Positions 1 to 8,272 of a DNA stretch of 21,861 nt are shown here, piece by piece; within the stretch, counting starts at the first letter, position 1; the number at the start of each line of letters is the position of its first letter. The notes below the pieces were generated by a model. That model saw only the letters and a list, made by a program, of their open reading frames with translations. It had not been told where the DNA came from and did not search any database. The position numbers and the translations under genes are program-made. Source of the DNA: a virus (taxonomy: Duplodnaviria; Heunggongvirae; Uroviricota; Caudoviricetes); IMG/VR virus record IMGVR_UViG_2579778633_000005, positions 1-21,861 of that record. One strand, 5' to 3'.

Positions 1-933
1 ATGGACAACGACAAAATTGATCAACACAGCGACGAAATTGAAGTTGAGAGCGAAGAAAAAGAGCGCGGCAAAAAAATAGAAATAGATGAAGACCGACTCC
101 CCTCCCGGGCGATGGCAATTCATGAGCATATCCGCCAGGATGGTGAAAAAGAGCTGGAACGCGACGCAATGGCGCTACTGTGGTCAGCCATTGCGGCGGG
201 TCTGTCGATGGGCGCTTCGTTACTGGCAAAAGGGATATTTCATGTCGAACTGGAAGGTGTGCCGGGCAGCTTCTTACTGGAGAATCTCGGTTATACCTTT
301 GGTTTTATTATCGTCATTATGGCCCGCCAGCAATTATTTACCGAAAACACCGTGACTGCGGTACTACCCGTCATGCAAAAACCGACAATGAGCAACGTCG
401 GCTTACTTATGCGATTATGGGGCGTCGTGCTGCTGGGTAATATTCTCGGGACAGGTATTGCTGCATGGGCATTTGAATATATGCCTATCTTCAATGAAGA
501 AACTCGCGATGCATTTGTCAAAATCGGCATGGATGTGATGAAGAACACCCCCAGCGAGATGTTTGCCAACGCGATCATTTCCGGCTGGCTGATCGCCACT
601 ATGGTATGGATGTTTCCTGCAGCAGGTGCGGCAAAGATTGTGGTGATTATATTGATGACCTGGCTTATTGCCCTGGGTGACACCACCCATATCGTGGTCG
701 GTTCTGTTGAAATCCTCTATCTGGTGTTTAACGGTACGCTGCACTGGAGCGATTTCATCTGGCCCTTCGCACTACCTACTTTAGCGGGGAACATCTGCGG
801 CGGCACCTTTATCTTCGCGTTAATGAGTCATGCACAGATTCGTAACGACATGAGCAACAAGCGTAAAGCAGAAGCACGCCAAAAAGCAGAACGTGCGGAA
901 AACATTAAGAAAAATGATAAAAACCCGGCATAA
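1..933 (+). CDS. yfdC: Formate/nitrite transporter family inner membrane protein YfdC (310 aa)
   Basis: Full ORF from ATG at 1 to TAA at 931-933. Hydrophobic multi-helix protein whose sequence matches my recollection of E. coli YfdC, which sits immediately upstream of argW in E. coli K-12. Confidence 0.85.
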   Translation: MDNDKIDQHSDEIEVESEEKERGKKIEIDEDRLPSRAMAIHEHIRQDGEKELERDAMALLWSAIAAGLSMGASLLAKGIFHVELEGVPGSFLLENLGYTFGFIIVIMARQQLFTENTVTAVLPVMQKPTMSNVGLLMRLWGVVLLGNILGTGIAAWAFEYMPIFNEETRDAFVKIGMDVMKNTPSEMFANAIISGWLIATMVWMFPAAGAAKIVVIILMTWLIALGDTTHIVVGSVEILYLVFNGTLHWSDFIWPFALPTLAGNICGGTFIFALMSHAQIRNDMSNKRKAEARQKAERAENIKKNDKNPA

Positions 934-968
934 ATGGCGAGGGTTTAAGCAATCGAGCGGCAGCGTAC

Positions 969-997
969 TTACCCCGCACTCCATTAGCGGGTATACT
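969..997 (+). promoter_or_regulatory. Putative sigma70 promoter of argW (-35 TTACCC, 17-nt spacer, -10 TATACT, GC-rich discriminator)
   Basis: TATACT at 992-997 lies 11 nt upstream of the tRNA 5' end; a -35-like hexamer sits 17 nt further upstream; GC-rich discriminator CATGCCGC is typical of stable-RNA promoters. Pattern match only. Confidence 0.35.
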
Positions 998-1008
998 CAT
1001 GCCGCATT

Positions 1009-1083
1009 GTCCTCTTAGTTAAATGGATATAACGAGCCCCTCCTAAGGGCTAATTGCAGGTTCGATTCCTGCAGGGGACACCA
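1009..1083 (+). tRNA. argW: tRNA-Arg, anticodon CCU
   Basis: 75-nt sequence GTCCTCTTAGTTAAATGGATATAACGAGCCCCTCCTAAGGGCTAATTGCAGGTTCGATTCCTGCAGGGGACACCA. It has a 7-bp acceptor stem, anticodon loop CU-CCU-AA, T-loop GGTTCGATTCC and encoded 3' CCA. Matches the known argW attachment site of KplE1/Sf6-type integrases. Confidence 0.9.
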
Positions 1084-1088
1084 TTTAT

Positions 1089-1172
1089 CAGTTCGCTTCC
1101 ATCCGTACCAGTCCGCAAAATCCCCTGAATATCAAGCCTTCCGTAGATTCACAGTTCGCCATGGTTCGCTTC
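1089..1172 (+). repeat. Direct repeats of (CA)GTTCGC / GTTCGCTTC in the attL phage arm; candidate integrase arm-type or regulatory sites
   Basis: CAGTTCGC at 1089-1096 and 1152-1159, CAGTCCGC at 1109-1116, GTTCGCTTC at 1091-1099 and 1164-1172, all between the tRNA 3' end and the int start. Confidence 0.35.
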
Positions 1173-1178
1173 AGATCG

Positions 1179-1208
1179 TTGACAGCCGCACTCCATGACG
1201 GGTAAAAA
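1179..1208 (+). promoter_or_regulatory. Putative intS promoter (-35 TTGACA at 1179-1184, -10 TAAAAA at 1203-1208)
   Basis: Perfect -35 hexamer with ~18-nt spacer to an AT-rich -10. The predicted start falls between the GTG at 1209 and the ATG at 1245, which supports ATG 1245 as the int start. Pattern match only. Confidence 0.35.
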
Positions 1209-1244
1209 GTGGATAAAATAATTTTACCCACCGGATTTTTACCC

Positions 1245-2399
1245 ATGCTCACCGTTAAGCAGATTGAAGCAGCAAAGCCGAAAGAAAAACCATACCGCCT
1301 ACTCGATGGTAATGGCCTGTACCTTTATGTCCCTGTGTCAGGGAAAAAGGTATGGCAGCTTCGCTACAAGATTGACGGTAAGGAGAAAATCCTGACCGTC
1401 GGAAAATATCCGCTTATGACTTTGCAGGAGGCAAGGGATAAAGCATGGACTGCGAGGAAAGACATCTCGGTTGGCATCGATCCGGTAAAAGCAAAAAAGG
1501 CTTCGTCTAACAACAATTCCTTTAGCGCCATTTACAAGGAATGGTACGAGCACAAGAAGCAAGTCTGGTCAGTAGGCTATGCAACTGAACTTGCCAAAAT
1601 GTTTGATGACGACATTTTACCCATCATCGGCGGTCTTGAGATTCAGGATATTGAGCCGATGCAACTGCTGGAAGTAATCCGCAGATTTGAAGATCGCGGT
1701 GCAATGGAGCGAGCCAACAAAGCCCGCAGAAGATGCGGCGAGGTTTTCCGTTACGCTATTGTCACCGGCAGGGCTAAATATAACCCGGCACCTGACCTTG
1801 CTGGCGCCATGAAGGGGTACCGCAAGAAGAACTTCCCGTTTCTTCCTGCAGACCAGATCCCGGCATTCAATAAAGCACTGGCAACATTTTCAGGAAGTAT
1901 CGTATCGCTCATTGCCACCAAGGTTTTACGCTACACTGCCCTAAGAACGAAAGAGCTTCGTTCCATGCTATGGAAGAACGTCGATTTTGAAAACAGAATT
2001 ATCACCATCGACGCCAATGTGATGAAGGGACGCAAAATTCATGTGGTCCCGATGTCAGACCAGGTGTTTGAACTTCTCACTACGCTAAGCTCAATCACCA
2101 AACCAGTATCAGAGTTTGTTTTTGCCGGGCGCAACGATAAGAAGAAGTCAATCTGCGAGAACGCGGTACTGCTTGTGATCAAACAAATCGGCTATGAGGG
2201 TCTGGAAAGCGGTCACGGATTCAGGCATGAATTCAGCACGATTATGAACGAGCACGAATGGCCTGCCGACGCCATTGAAGTGCAACTGGCACATGCCAAC
2301 GGCGGTTCTGTGCGCGGGATTTACAACCATGCGCAGTATCTCGATAAACGCAGGGAAATGATGCAATGGTGGGCGGACTGGCTTGATGAAAAGGTGTGA
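1245..2399 (+). CDS. intS: Tyrosine recombinase, phage integrase of the IntS (KplE1/Sf6/HK620) type
   Basis: The ORF track begins at a GTG at 1209; I prefer the ATG at 1245 (MLTVKQIEAAKPKEKPYRLLDGNGLYLYV), which matches the N-terminus of K-12 IntS as I recall it. C-terminal catalytic region carries HGFRHEF and the RGIYNHAQY tyrosine motif. Directly follows the tRNA. Confidence 0.85.
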   Translation: MLTVKQIEAAKPKEKPYRLLDGNGLYLYVPVSGKKVWQLRYKIDGKEKILTVGKYPLMTLQEARDKAWTARKDISVGIDPVKAKKASSNNNSFSAIYKEWYEHKKQVWSVGYATELAKMFDDDILPIIGGLEIQDIEPMQLLEVIRRFEDRGAMERANKARRRCGEVFRYAIVTGRAKYNPAPDLAGAMKGYRKKNFPFLPADQIPAFNKALATFSGSIVSLIATKVLRYTALRTKELRSMLWKNVDFENRIITIDANVMKGRKIHVVPMSDQVFELLTTLSSITKPVSEFVFAGRNDKKKSICENAVLLVIKQIGYEGLESGHGFRHEFSTIMNEHEWPADAIEVQLAHANGGSVRGIYNHAQYLDKRREMMQWWADWLDEKV

Positions 2400-2402
2400 G
2401 TT

Positions 2403-2442
2403 GTTGAGCGCAAAATTTGAATATTTTTGATTTGCACTCAAC
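2403..2442. repeat. Imperfect 12-bp inverted repeat (GTTGAGCGCAAA / TTTGCACTCAAC, 16-bp spacer) just after the int stop
   Basis: 11 of 12 positions pair; no T-run on either strand, so not a canonical intrinsic terminator. Possible RNA hairpin or protein-binding site. Confidence 0.3.
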
Positions 2443-2561
2443 CACAACAATTGAATATCCAGAAAATTATTAATGATTATTCATTTTTTTGTCAAGTTAT
2501 GTAATAAATCCTATAGCATACGACGATACTTGGATTGATTAACGCCGCCAAGCTGCATGGT

Positions 2562-2613
2562 ATGCATGAGATGCCATTTAAAGCATCATGTTGCGCAATC
2601 ACATCTCATGCAT
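2562..2613. repeat. Perfect 12-bp inverted repeat (ATGCATGAGATG / CATCTCATGCAT) with 28-bp spacer containing palindrome TTGCGCAA, 30 bp beyond the tailspike stop
   Basis: Read directly from the sequence; lies in the convergent int/tailspike intergenic region; no T-run. Confidence 0.3.
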
Positions 2614-2642
2614 ATTAATAATATTCATACAACGCAGAACAG

Positions 2643-4730
2643 CTATCCTATAACAACCCCATCAGTTAAACTTGTTGGCGGAGACCCAAATTTCCTAACC
2701 AACTGTCCTGATGAGTTCCTGAATAGATAGAATTTGCTACCAAATTCCATGCATGGAATACCTGTTCCTGTGGTGGTAGCCAATCCGAGATTTGTTGCAA
2801 TGAATGCCTTTCCATCGAAATTAATAATATTGCTTACGTTATTTACCCCGTGGTAGTTTGAAATCGAGCTAACCCAGTCTAAAGCTGTAGTTTTTGGATT
2901 AGTAATGTTCAATGCATTTGCAGCGGCCGTCAGCTTGTCTATGCGCAGGTTATCGATAGTTACTTTTCCGTAGTTATCAATCGCCAAAGCAGTGGCAGGG
3001 TTACGTATATCGATGTTACGTCCTACAAACTCGCTAATGTTCTTTATTCTCGGAGCGGTTTTAATTCCGGTCAAGGTGCAAGTATAGTTCTCGACTTTGA
3101 CGACCCCAAAGGTATCTCCTCCGTTAGTCGTGTTTATACTGAGAGCATTCTGCACGTTTTCACTTGTTACATTTAAAATTTTAGCATCAATTACGCCAGA
3201 GTTCTCAATATTAACGTCAGCGTTAGCACCGTTTATGTACACACCATCGAGTGTAGCTTTACGAGTAAGTGGAGAGTTGCTCGGATACATGCTAATGATA
3301 ACCCCCATCGTATTATGACGAACTGATGGGTTATCTTCATCCTCTACCGTATTCTGGTGATAGATTCTTGTACCTTGCCCTATGTACACGTCATAGCTTC
3401 CAGATAGACGCATACCCCACTTGCCTTTCTTACTCCCGATATTGTTGCAATATGCACCGAGAACAACCCCAGACGATATCTGGAATACAGGGCTGCCGTC
3501 AGAATTGTCTTCAGAGGTCATCAATATTGGCTCTCTCCAGCGGGATACCTGATATGACCCGCCGATTACCTTGAAGTTAGCGGTACTGTAGAAGGCCATG
3601 CCGTTACGGTCAGTATCATAAGTGCGACAACGCGTCACCTGCACATCAGTACAGAACATAAACATTATCCCAGGTTGACCGCCACGAGAGCCATAAGCAT
3701 TAACAACCGAGCAGTCAGTTAATTTAATGCGAGTGGCCTGGTGGAACCAGAAACCATTAAATGTTGACTTATCTGATGCTGTGTCCCACGTCACATTAGA
3801 CTTATTACCATCAATAATAAGCCCATTTACCGTGATATCATAATGCTCTGGCGTTTCAGCGTCATAACTATAGCCTTTACGGTTTGTAATACCTGTAGAT
3901 ATGCCAAGGTAGCTTCCGGGCTTAAGCTTAAGTGTGCACCCGTAGGCGTCAATGGTCGTTCCTGTTTTAACAATTAAAGGTGTCCCGTCCCAGTAAATTG
4001 TTCGTGCGGGGAAATGAACAAGAGGCGATCCTGAATTTAGAGCGGCATTAATTGCAGCAGTATGGTCTCCAGCATAATCCATCTCAGGGGTAATAAATTG
4101 TTCAACGCTGACCGGTACGCCATATCCACGCTGTGCATTGCCAACACATTTCCAGTTCGAATCTGGTGACGATCCAGCTAAGACATTTATTGGATAAGGA
4201 AACGTCCCATTGTACTGATAGTGGTAACCATCACTATATAAAGCCACATCTTTACTGTCATTTAGCGTCCCGCCAGAAACGAAACTAGCTATTCTTTTAT
4301 AATACGATTCAAGATAGTCACTATATACATTACCGTTGTATGAACTACCAACAAGCTTATCTCCTCCATTGGTGGTTATTTCCTGTCGTAATTGATCAGG
4401 GTCATACTTCAGTACATTAGGAAAATAGAACTGCTGAGCACCGTAAGCATCATATACAGCCATAGAATGGCCTTGCACAGTTACGAACTTAGCAATCTGT
4501 CCGTTATATACAGGGTAACCAGCAGCGTTAAGGATGATTGGTTGCGAAACAGGAACGTGAGAACCGTCTTCGTTCTCCACATAAACCTGAACCTGGTTTT
4601 CAGGATTTACCGGGTCAGTGTCAATTTTACCGATATAAATTTTGCCATTAGCTACAGCTTTAAAAGAACGCGCCATAGTGAAGAGTTGCGATGGCATGCT
4701 TACCACAACATTGGCTGTAATGTCTGTCAT
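2643..4730 (-). CDS. Tailspike protein (695 aa): P22 gp9-type N-terminal domain fused to a divergent receptor-binding/depolymerase domain
   Basis: First ~110 aa ([113 protein letters not shown]) are near-identical to the P22 tailspike head-binding domain as I recall it. The remainder is Gly/Asn/Thr-rich and unrelated to the P22 receptor domain. Confidence 0.85.
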   Translation of the reverse strand: MTDITANVVVSMPSQLFTMARSFKAVANGKIYIGKIDTDPVNPENQVQVYVENEDGSHVPVSQPIILNAAGYPVYNGQIAKFVTVQGHSMAVYDAYGAQQFYFPNVLKYDPDQLRQEITTNGGDKLVGSSYNGNVYSDYLESYYKRIASFVSGGTLNDSKDVALYSDGYHYQYNGTFPYPINVLAGSSPDSNWKCVGNAQRGYGVPVSVEQFITPEMDYAGDHTAAINAALNSGSPLVHFPARTIYWDGTPLIVKTGTTIDAYGCTLKLKPGSYLGISTGITNRKGYSYDAETPEHYDITVNGLIIDGNKSNVTWDTASDKSTFNGFWFHQATRIKLTDCSVVNAYGSRGGQPGIMFMFCTDVQVTRCRTYDTDRNGMAFYSTANFKVIGGSYQVSRWREPILMTSEDNSDGSPVFQISSGVVLGAYCNNIGSKKGKWGMRLSGSYDVYIGQGTRIYHQNTVEDEDNPSVRHNTMGVIISMYPSNSPLTRKATLDGVYINGANADVNIENSGVIDAKILNVTSENVQNALSINTTNGGDTFGVVKVENYTCTLTGIKTAPRIKNISEFVGRNIDIRNPATALAIDNYGKVTIDNLRIDKLTAAANALNITNPKTTALDWVSSISNYHGVNNVSNIINFDGKAFIATNLGLATTTGTGIPCMEFGSKFYLFRNSSGQLVRKFGSPPTSLTDGVVIG

Positions 4731-4798
4731 TTAATTTGCTCCAGATACAAGGAATCGCCGCGGCGTGGCCGCAGTGATGCATTATTAATCAAACAAAG

Positions 4799-4813
4799 AG
4801 ACCACGGTGGTCT
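4799..4813. promoter_or_regulatory. Mnt operator-like palindrome AGACCAC-G-GTGGTCT
   Basis: Perfect 7-bp inverted repeat around a central G, sharing the CCACGGTGG core of the P22 Mnt operator as I recall it. Located between divergent mnt and tailspike starts, next to a candidate mnt promoter (-10 GATAAT at 4834-4839). Confidence 0.5.
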
Positions 4814-4876
4814 TATTGAGGATGCAACCAGCAGATAATAAGATGCCGATCCACTCACAAAAGCGAGGCATCAAGA

Positions 4877-5128
4877 ATGGGAAGAGATGACCCGCAATTT
4901 AATCTGCGGCTACCTTACGAATTAAAGGAAAAACTAAAACAGCGAGCCAAATCCAATGGCCGCTCTCTTAATTCAGAATTAGTTCAGATAGTGACTGATG
5001 CTGTATCAAAGCCATCCAAAATTTCAGGCTATCGAGACGATGCGGAACGCATCGCTGATGAGCAGTCTGAACTTGTTAAGAAGATGGTGTTTGATACGCT
5101 GAAGGATTTGTACAAAAAACCCACCTGA
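4877..5128 (+). CDS. mnt: Mnt repressor (ribbon-helix-helix, Arc/MetJ family, 83 aa)
   Basis: Sequence MGRDDPQFNLRLPYELKEKLKQRAKSNGRSLNSELVQIVTDAVSKPSKISGYRDDAERIADEQSELVKKMVFDTLKDLYKKPT closely matches P22 Mnt as I recall it. RBS GAGG 9 nt upstream. Confidence 0.85.
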   Translation: MGRDDPQFNLRLPYELKEKLKQRAKSNGRSLNSELVQIVTDAVSKPSKISGYRDDAERIADEQSELVKKMVFDTLKDLYKKPT

Positions 5129-5137
5129 TGGTGGGTT
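5115..5137. terminator. Bidirectional hairpin between convergent mnt and lipoprotein genes; strong intrinsic terminator for the minus-strand transcript
   Basis: Stem AACCCACC / GGTGGGTT (8 bp) with loop TGAT. On the minus strand it is followed by TTTTTTGT; on the plus strand by CCATTT. The mnt stop codon lies in the loop. Confidence 0.55.
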
Positions 5138-5144
5138 CCATTTA

Positions 5145-5564
5145 CTAGTCTTGCTTTGTGGACGGTATAAGGGATGCATTTGCCTCTTTAGGCTTCAAGG
5201 TATACATACCGCCATTAAATGGATCTACAGCAAGCCAACCAATTAACCCACCAAACACAAGGTTTCCACCAATATACCAACCATTAGCATTGGCTTTGAT
5301 TGGCAGGGTAACTGGTTCGTACCCATCCTTCTCCATAGTGATCTGGTAGCTCTTTTTGCCAAAATAACTACCATCTGACTTGGCAAGAGTTACTCCTTGC
5401 GGGGTCTTACCTTGCGCAACAATCACGCCTGATTCGTCTTTTACCTTAAAGCTCGCGCCGGAAGGATTGCTGTTCACTTGCACAAGCTGTGTTTCGTCAC
5501 CAACAATAGTTGCGCACCCAGATAACAATATAGCGCCAGCAACGACGCCGATAATCCTCTTCAT
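5145..5564 (-). CDS. Predicted outer-membrane lipoprotein (139 aa), function unknown (moron)
   Basis: Signal peptide MKRIIGVVAGAILLSGC with lipobox LSGC and Ala at +2. Segment SNPSGASF...GKTP...KDGYEP resembles a PEGA-type beta domain (tentative). Sits where P22 carries sieA. Confidence 0.6.
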   Translation of the reverse strand: MKRIIGVVAGAILLSGCATIVGDETQLVQVNSNPSGASFKVKDESGVIVAQGKTPQGVTLAKSDGSYFGKKSYQITMEKDGYEPVTLPIKANANGWYIGGNLVFGGLIGWLAVDPFNGGMYTLKPKEANASLIPSTKQD

Positions 5565-5698
5565 ATTACTTTCCGTTTTGTTAGAATCAGAAAGATCTTA
5601 ATAATAAAAAGTATTTTCGTGAAGATATTGTCGATTGAGTTAATAACTCATTTACACCCAACAGTGCCATGATGGCAAAGATAAGGAGAGTTAATCAT

Positions 5699-6184
5699 AT
5701 GAAAAAATCACTGTTAATTATCCCGCTTCTGCTGGCAGGGTGTGCAAAGGTTAGCGACTATCAGGAAAATTGCGAACAACGCTATCCAAAGCTTAGCGAT
5801 ATGGCTAATTGCCTTGATGCTAGCGTGAAGAACGACTCACGCATGGCATCAGCACCAACACCTAAGTTATATGTCCTTGCTGCGAAGATGCTCGGGCAAG
5901 GTGTCGATGATGGCAAGATAAGTGACGCGCAGGCAAGACTTGAGCTTCAGAATCTTTATGTTCAACTACAAAGCCAAGAACAAGCCCAACAAATAGCGCA
6001 AAGCCAAGCATTCCAGCAGGCTTTATTGAATTATCAGGCTGTAAACACAATGCAAGCGATCGAGCAAAAAGCGAGACAGCCTGTTATAACTCAACCCTAT
6101 CCAACACGAGTTGACACTTACACAAACTGCAATTCAGGGTTTGGAAATACAGTCACATGCAACAGTAGCAGTAACATCAGATAA
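5699..6184 (+). CDS. Predicted outer-membrane lipoprotein (161 aa) with Gln-rich coiled-coil-like segment, function unknown (moron)
   Basis: Start chosen at ATG 5699, with RBS AAGGAG at 5683-5688, rather than the track's 5669. Signal peptide MKKSLLIIPLLLAGC with lipobox LAGC and Ala at +2. Divergently transcribed from the neighbouring lipoprotein gene. Confidence 0.55.
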   Translation: MKKSLLIIPLLLAGCAKVSDYQENCEQRYPKLSDMANCLDASVKNDSRMASAPTPKLYVLAAKMLGQGVDDGKISDAQARLELQNLYVQLQSQEQAQQIAQSQAFQQALLNYQAVNTMQAIEQKARQPVITQPYPTRVDTYTNCNSGFGNTVTCNSSSNIR

Positions 6185-6274
6185 CAATCAGCAAAGGTAT
6201 CGCCTATGCAGAGGGATAAGATAAACCTCGCGTTCTACATATTTGGTTTTTGCACGTTCCTGGTGTTTGAAAAG

Positions 6275-8272
6275 CTATTCTGACAACGCATCAGACTTAG
6301 CCCCCTGCGTCATAGCGTTAATTGCCTTTTGTGCCTGCTGCATGGCTTTCTCAAACGCTGTTGATCCGCGTGGGGTGTTTGCCATTCGGAGCATTGCATT
6401 TCTGAATGGCTCGCTCTCATAGGCGCGAGTAAGAAGTCCGTAGCTTACTGCTGCGCCAGTTGTCGCCGGGTTCATTGCCGTCCCATACCCAATAATGAAC
6501 GGGATAGTTTGCTGTCCTGTGGGTGTTGTTACTGCCGCTTTTGCAGCCTGCTGCGTGGATTGCAGGTAGTTTTTTAATCCTTTCAGATAAGCAGCGTCCT
6601 GCCCCTTAAATGTGATGCCAGTCTGGTTTTGCAGGATGTTAAGCTGCCGAAGGAACTGGTCAGGGGATCCGCCAGATTTCTCCATCGCCTTTCCAATGAT
6701 GCCATTGCGCATTTGCGCCCTGCCAACACGACCAACTGAGTTATACAGCGTCTTAATTTCCGATTTGTTCTTGCTGAATAGCATGTTGTTGACGACTTCC
6801 GGCGTCAGGTCGCCTTTCATGAGAACATTCTTCAGCCTTGTATTCTTTAGTTTCGCCGCTTCGTCAGCGTAGACGGCATTGGCCTGCTGATATTTACGGA
6901 GAGTATCGTTGCCAAGATTCTGACCAATGGCACCATTGATATCGTCAGTCATTGCCTTGTAAACGCGTTGAATGGCAGCATCGGAACGGTTTGGTAACAC
7001 TGGTCGCTCACCCTTCACGTCCATTCTGAACTGGCTGCGCAGGTCGCTTAATTGCTTCAAATCCAGATTTACCGGACCATCAGGGCCAGCATTGCGAACA
7101 AGCTCATCACGATATGACTGAAGTTTTGAAATTGTCTCGTTATCAGCTACCTTACCAAGCTTCTGCAGATTAGATATCTCAGTATCAATCTGCTGAATTG
7201 CTCGCGCAGGCTGGATATTGACTCCCGCCATTGCATTCTGAACTTGCTCAAGACGGTTCCCTGCAGCACGACGAATTCCTGATGTTTTCGCTTTAAGGCT
7301 GTCAATAACAACCGCTGGATCGTACTCGCCGAATTTATCAGCAAATCTCTGCACCAACTGGCTTCTCGCTTCCTGTTGCGTTGCTCTCATTCCGCTTGTG
7401 CCGGCCAGAGGGATATTTTCTGCTGTAGTCTGCGCCATTTTTCCGACGCGGGAAGTTGGTTGTAACAGGTCTGTGGTGTGCAGAGGAATTCCTTCACGCT
7501 CTGCAAATCTGATAGCCTGCTGCGCTTCTGGCGCTATCGAACCACGAACGCCACGATAAGCAGCACCTAATCCACGTCCGGAAGCGTTAATAGCACCGCC
7601 AGCAAGTACACCAACGCCTAAATCGGTGGCGAGTGCTTCCGCATCATCTTTCGCACTATTTGCAGCAAGTGATCCAACTGCGTTTTCTGCTAGAAGGCGA
7701 GTTGCCCCCTGAGCAATTCGACCAGCAAGTGTTGGTGCCTGTACCGCCGCTCTCTCAACGCCAGCAGGAGTGAGGTAAGGCAATGCTTCAGCAAATAACC
7801 TTCCCTCTGTCGTTTGTGGAGTCAGCGCACCTTGCTGAAGGCCAAAGTCCTGCTCTAATCCCTGCGTTGTTACTCGTGGTGCTGGTTGATATGTACCATC
7901 GCCAATACCGAGTTTACCGCCAGCCCAAGCCGCCGCGCTTGTTACAGCATCGGCAACTGATGCAGGTATGTTTGCCACGTTCACGCCAGCCTGCACCAGT
8001 CCGCGACCAGTCTCTTTTACTGCTTCACCAAGATCAGACATAAATCCACTTTGCTGTGGTTGTTGCTGTGCTACTGGTTGTTGTGTCTCCACTGGCTGCA
8101 CAGATGGCAATGGATAGGCAGCATAGAAAGCTTTCTTAGCCTGCTCTGCATTTTCTCCGGCTTGCGGGGCCACGACTTCATTGAAGTATTGCTCCTGAGC
8201 CTGCGCTTTTTGTTCTGGTGCTAACGCCTGATACTGTGGAGAGGCGATAACATCTTTCCATGCTTTAGCCAT
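6275..8272 (-). CDS. Injection (ejection) protein, P22 gp16 family (665 aa)
   Basis: Position in the conserved P22-like order gp7-gp20-gp16 just before the mnt/tailspike region; large Ala/Gln-rich protein. Start overlaps the stop of the upstream gene. Confidence 0.65.
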   Translation of the reverse strand: MAKAWKDVIASPQYQALAPEQKAQAQEQYFNEVVAPQAGENAEQAKKAFYAAYPLPSVQPVETQQPVAQQQPQQSGFMSDLGEAVKETGRGLVQAGVNVANIPASVADAVTSAAAWAGGKLGIGDGTYQPAPRVTTQGLEQDFGLQQGALTPQTTEGRLFAEALPYLTPAGVERAAVQAPTLAGRIAQGATRLLAENAVGSLAANSAKDDAEALATDLGVGVLAGGAINASGRGLGAAYRGVRGSIAPEAQQAIRFAEREGIPLHTTDLLQPTSRVGKMAQTTAENIPLAGTSGMRATQQEARSQLVQRFADKFGEYDPAVVIDSLKAKTSGIRRAAGNRLEQVQNAMAGVNIQPARAIQQIDTEISNLQKLGKVADNETISKLQSYRDELVRNAGPDGPVNLDLKQLSDLRSQFRMDVKGERPVLPNRSDAAIQRVYKAMTDDINGAIGQNLGNDTLRKYQQANAVYADEAAKLKNTRLKNVLMKGDLTPEVVNNMLFSKNKSEIKTLYNSVGRVGRAQMRNGIIGKAMEKSGGSPDQFLRQLNILQNQTGITFKGQDAAYLKGLKNYLQSTQQAAKAAVTTPTGQQTIPFIIGYGTAMNPATTGAAVSYGLLTRAYESEPFRNAMLRMANTPRGSTAFEKAMQQAQKAINAMTQGAKSDALSE

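Noticed and set aside
86-744. Overlapping ORFs inside yfdC on both strands (86-355, 180-440, 291-686, 415-744)
   Set aside because: Alternative-frame or antisense ORFs wholly inside a well-supported membrane-protein gene, with no RBS or motif support.
1209-1244. GTG at 1209 as integrase start, giving the 396-aa ORF in the supplied track
   Set aside because: A promoter-like element (TTGACA at 1179-1184 with a -10 near 1203-1208) would place the transcript start downstream of this GTG, and the ATG at 1245 matches the IntS N-terminus as I recall it. Kept as an alternative only.
3097-4838. Plus-strand ORFs antisense to the tailspike (3097-3318, 3326-3574, 4392-4838)
   Set aside because: Embedded antisense ORFs within a confidently assigned gene; the 4392-4838 ORF also crosses the mnt operator region, so it is unlikely to be coding.
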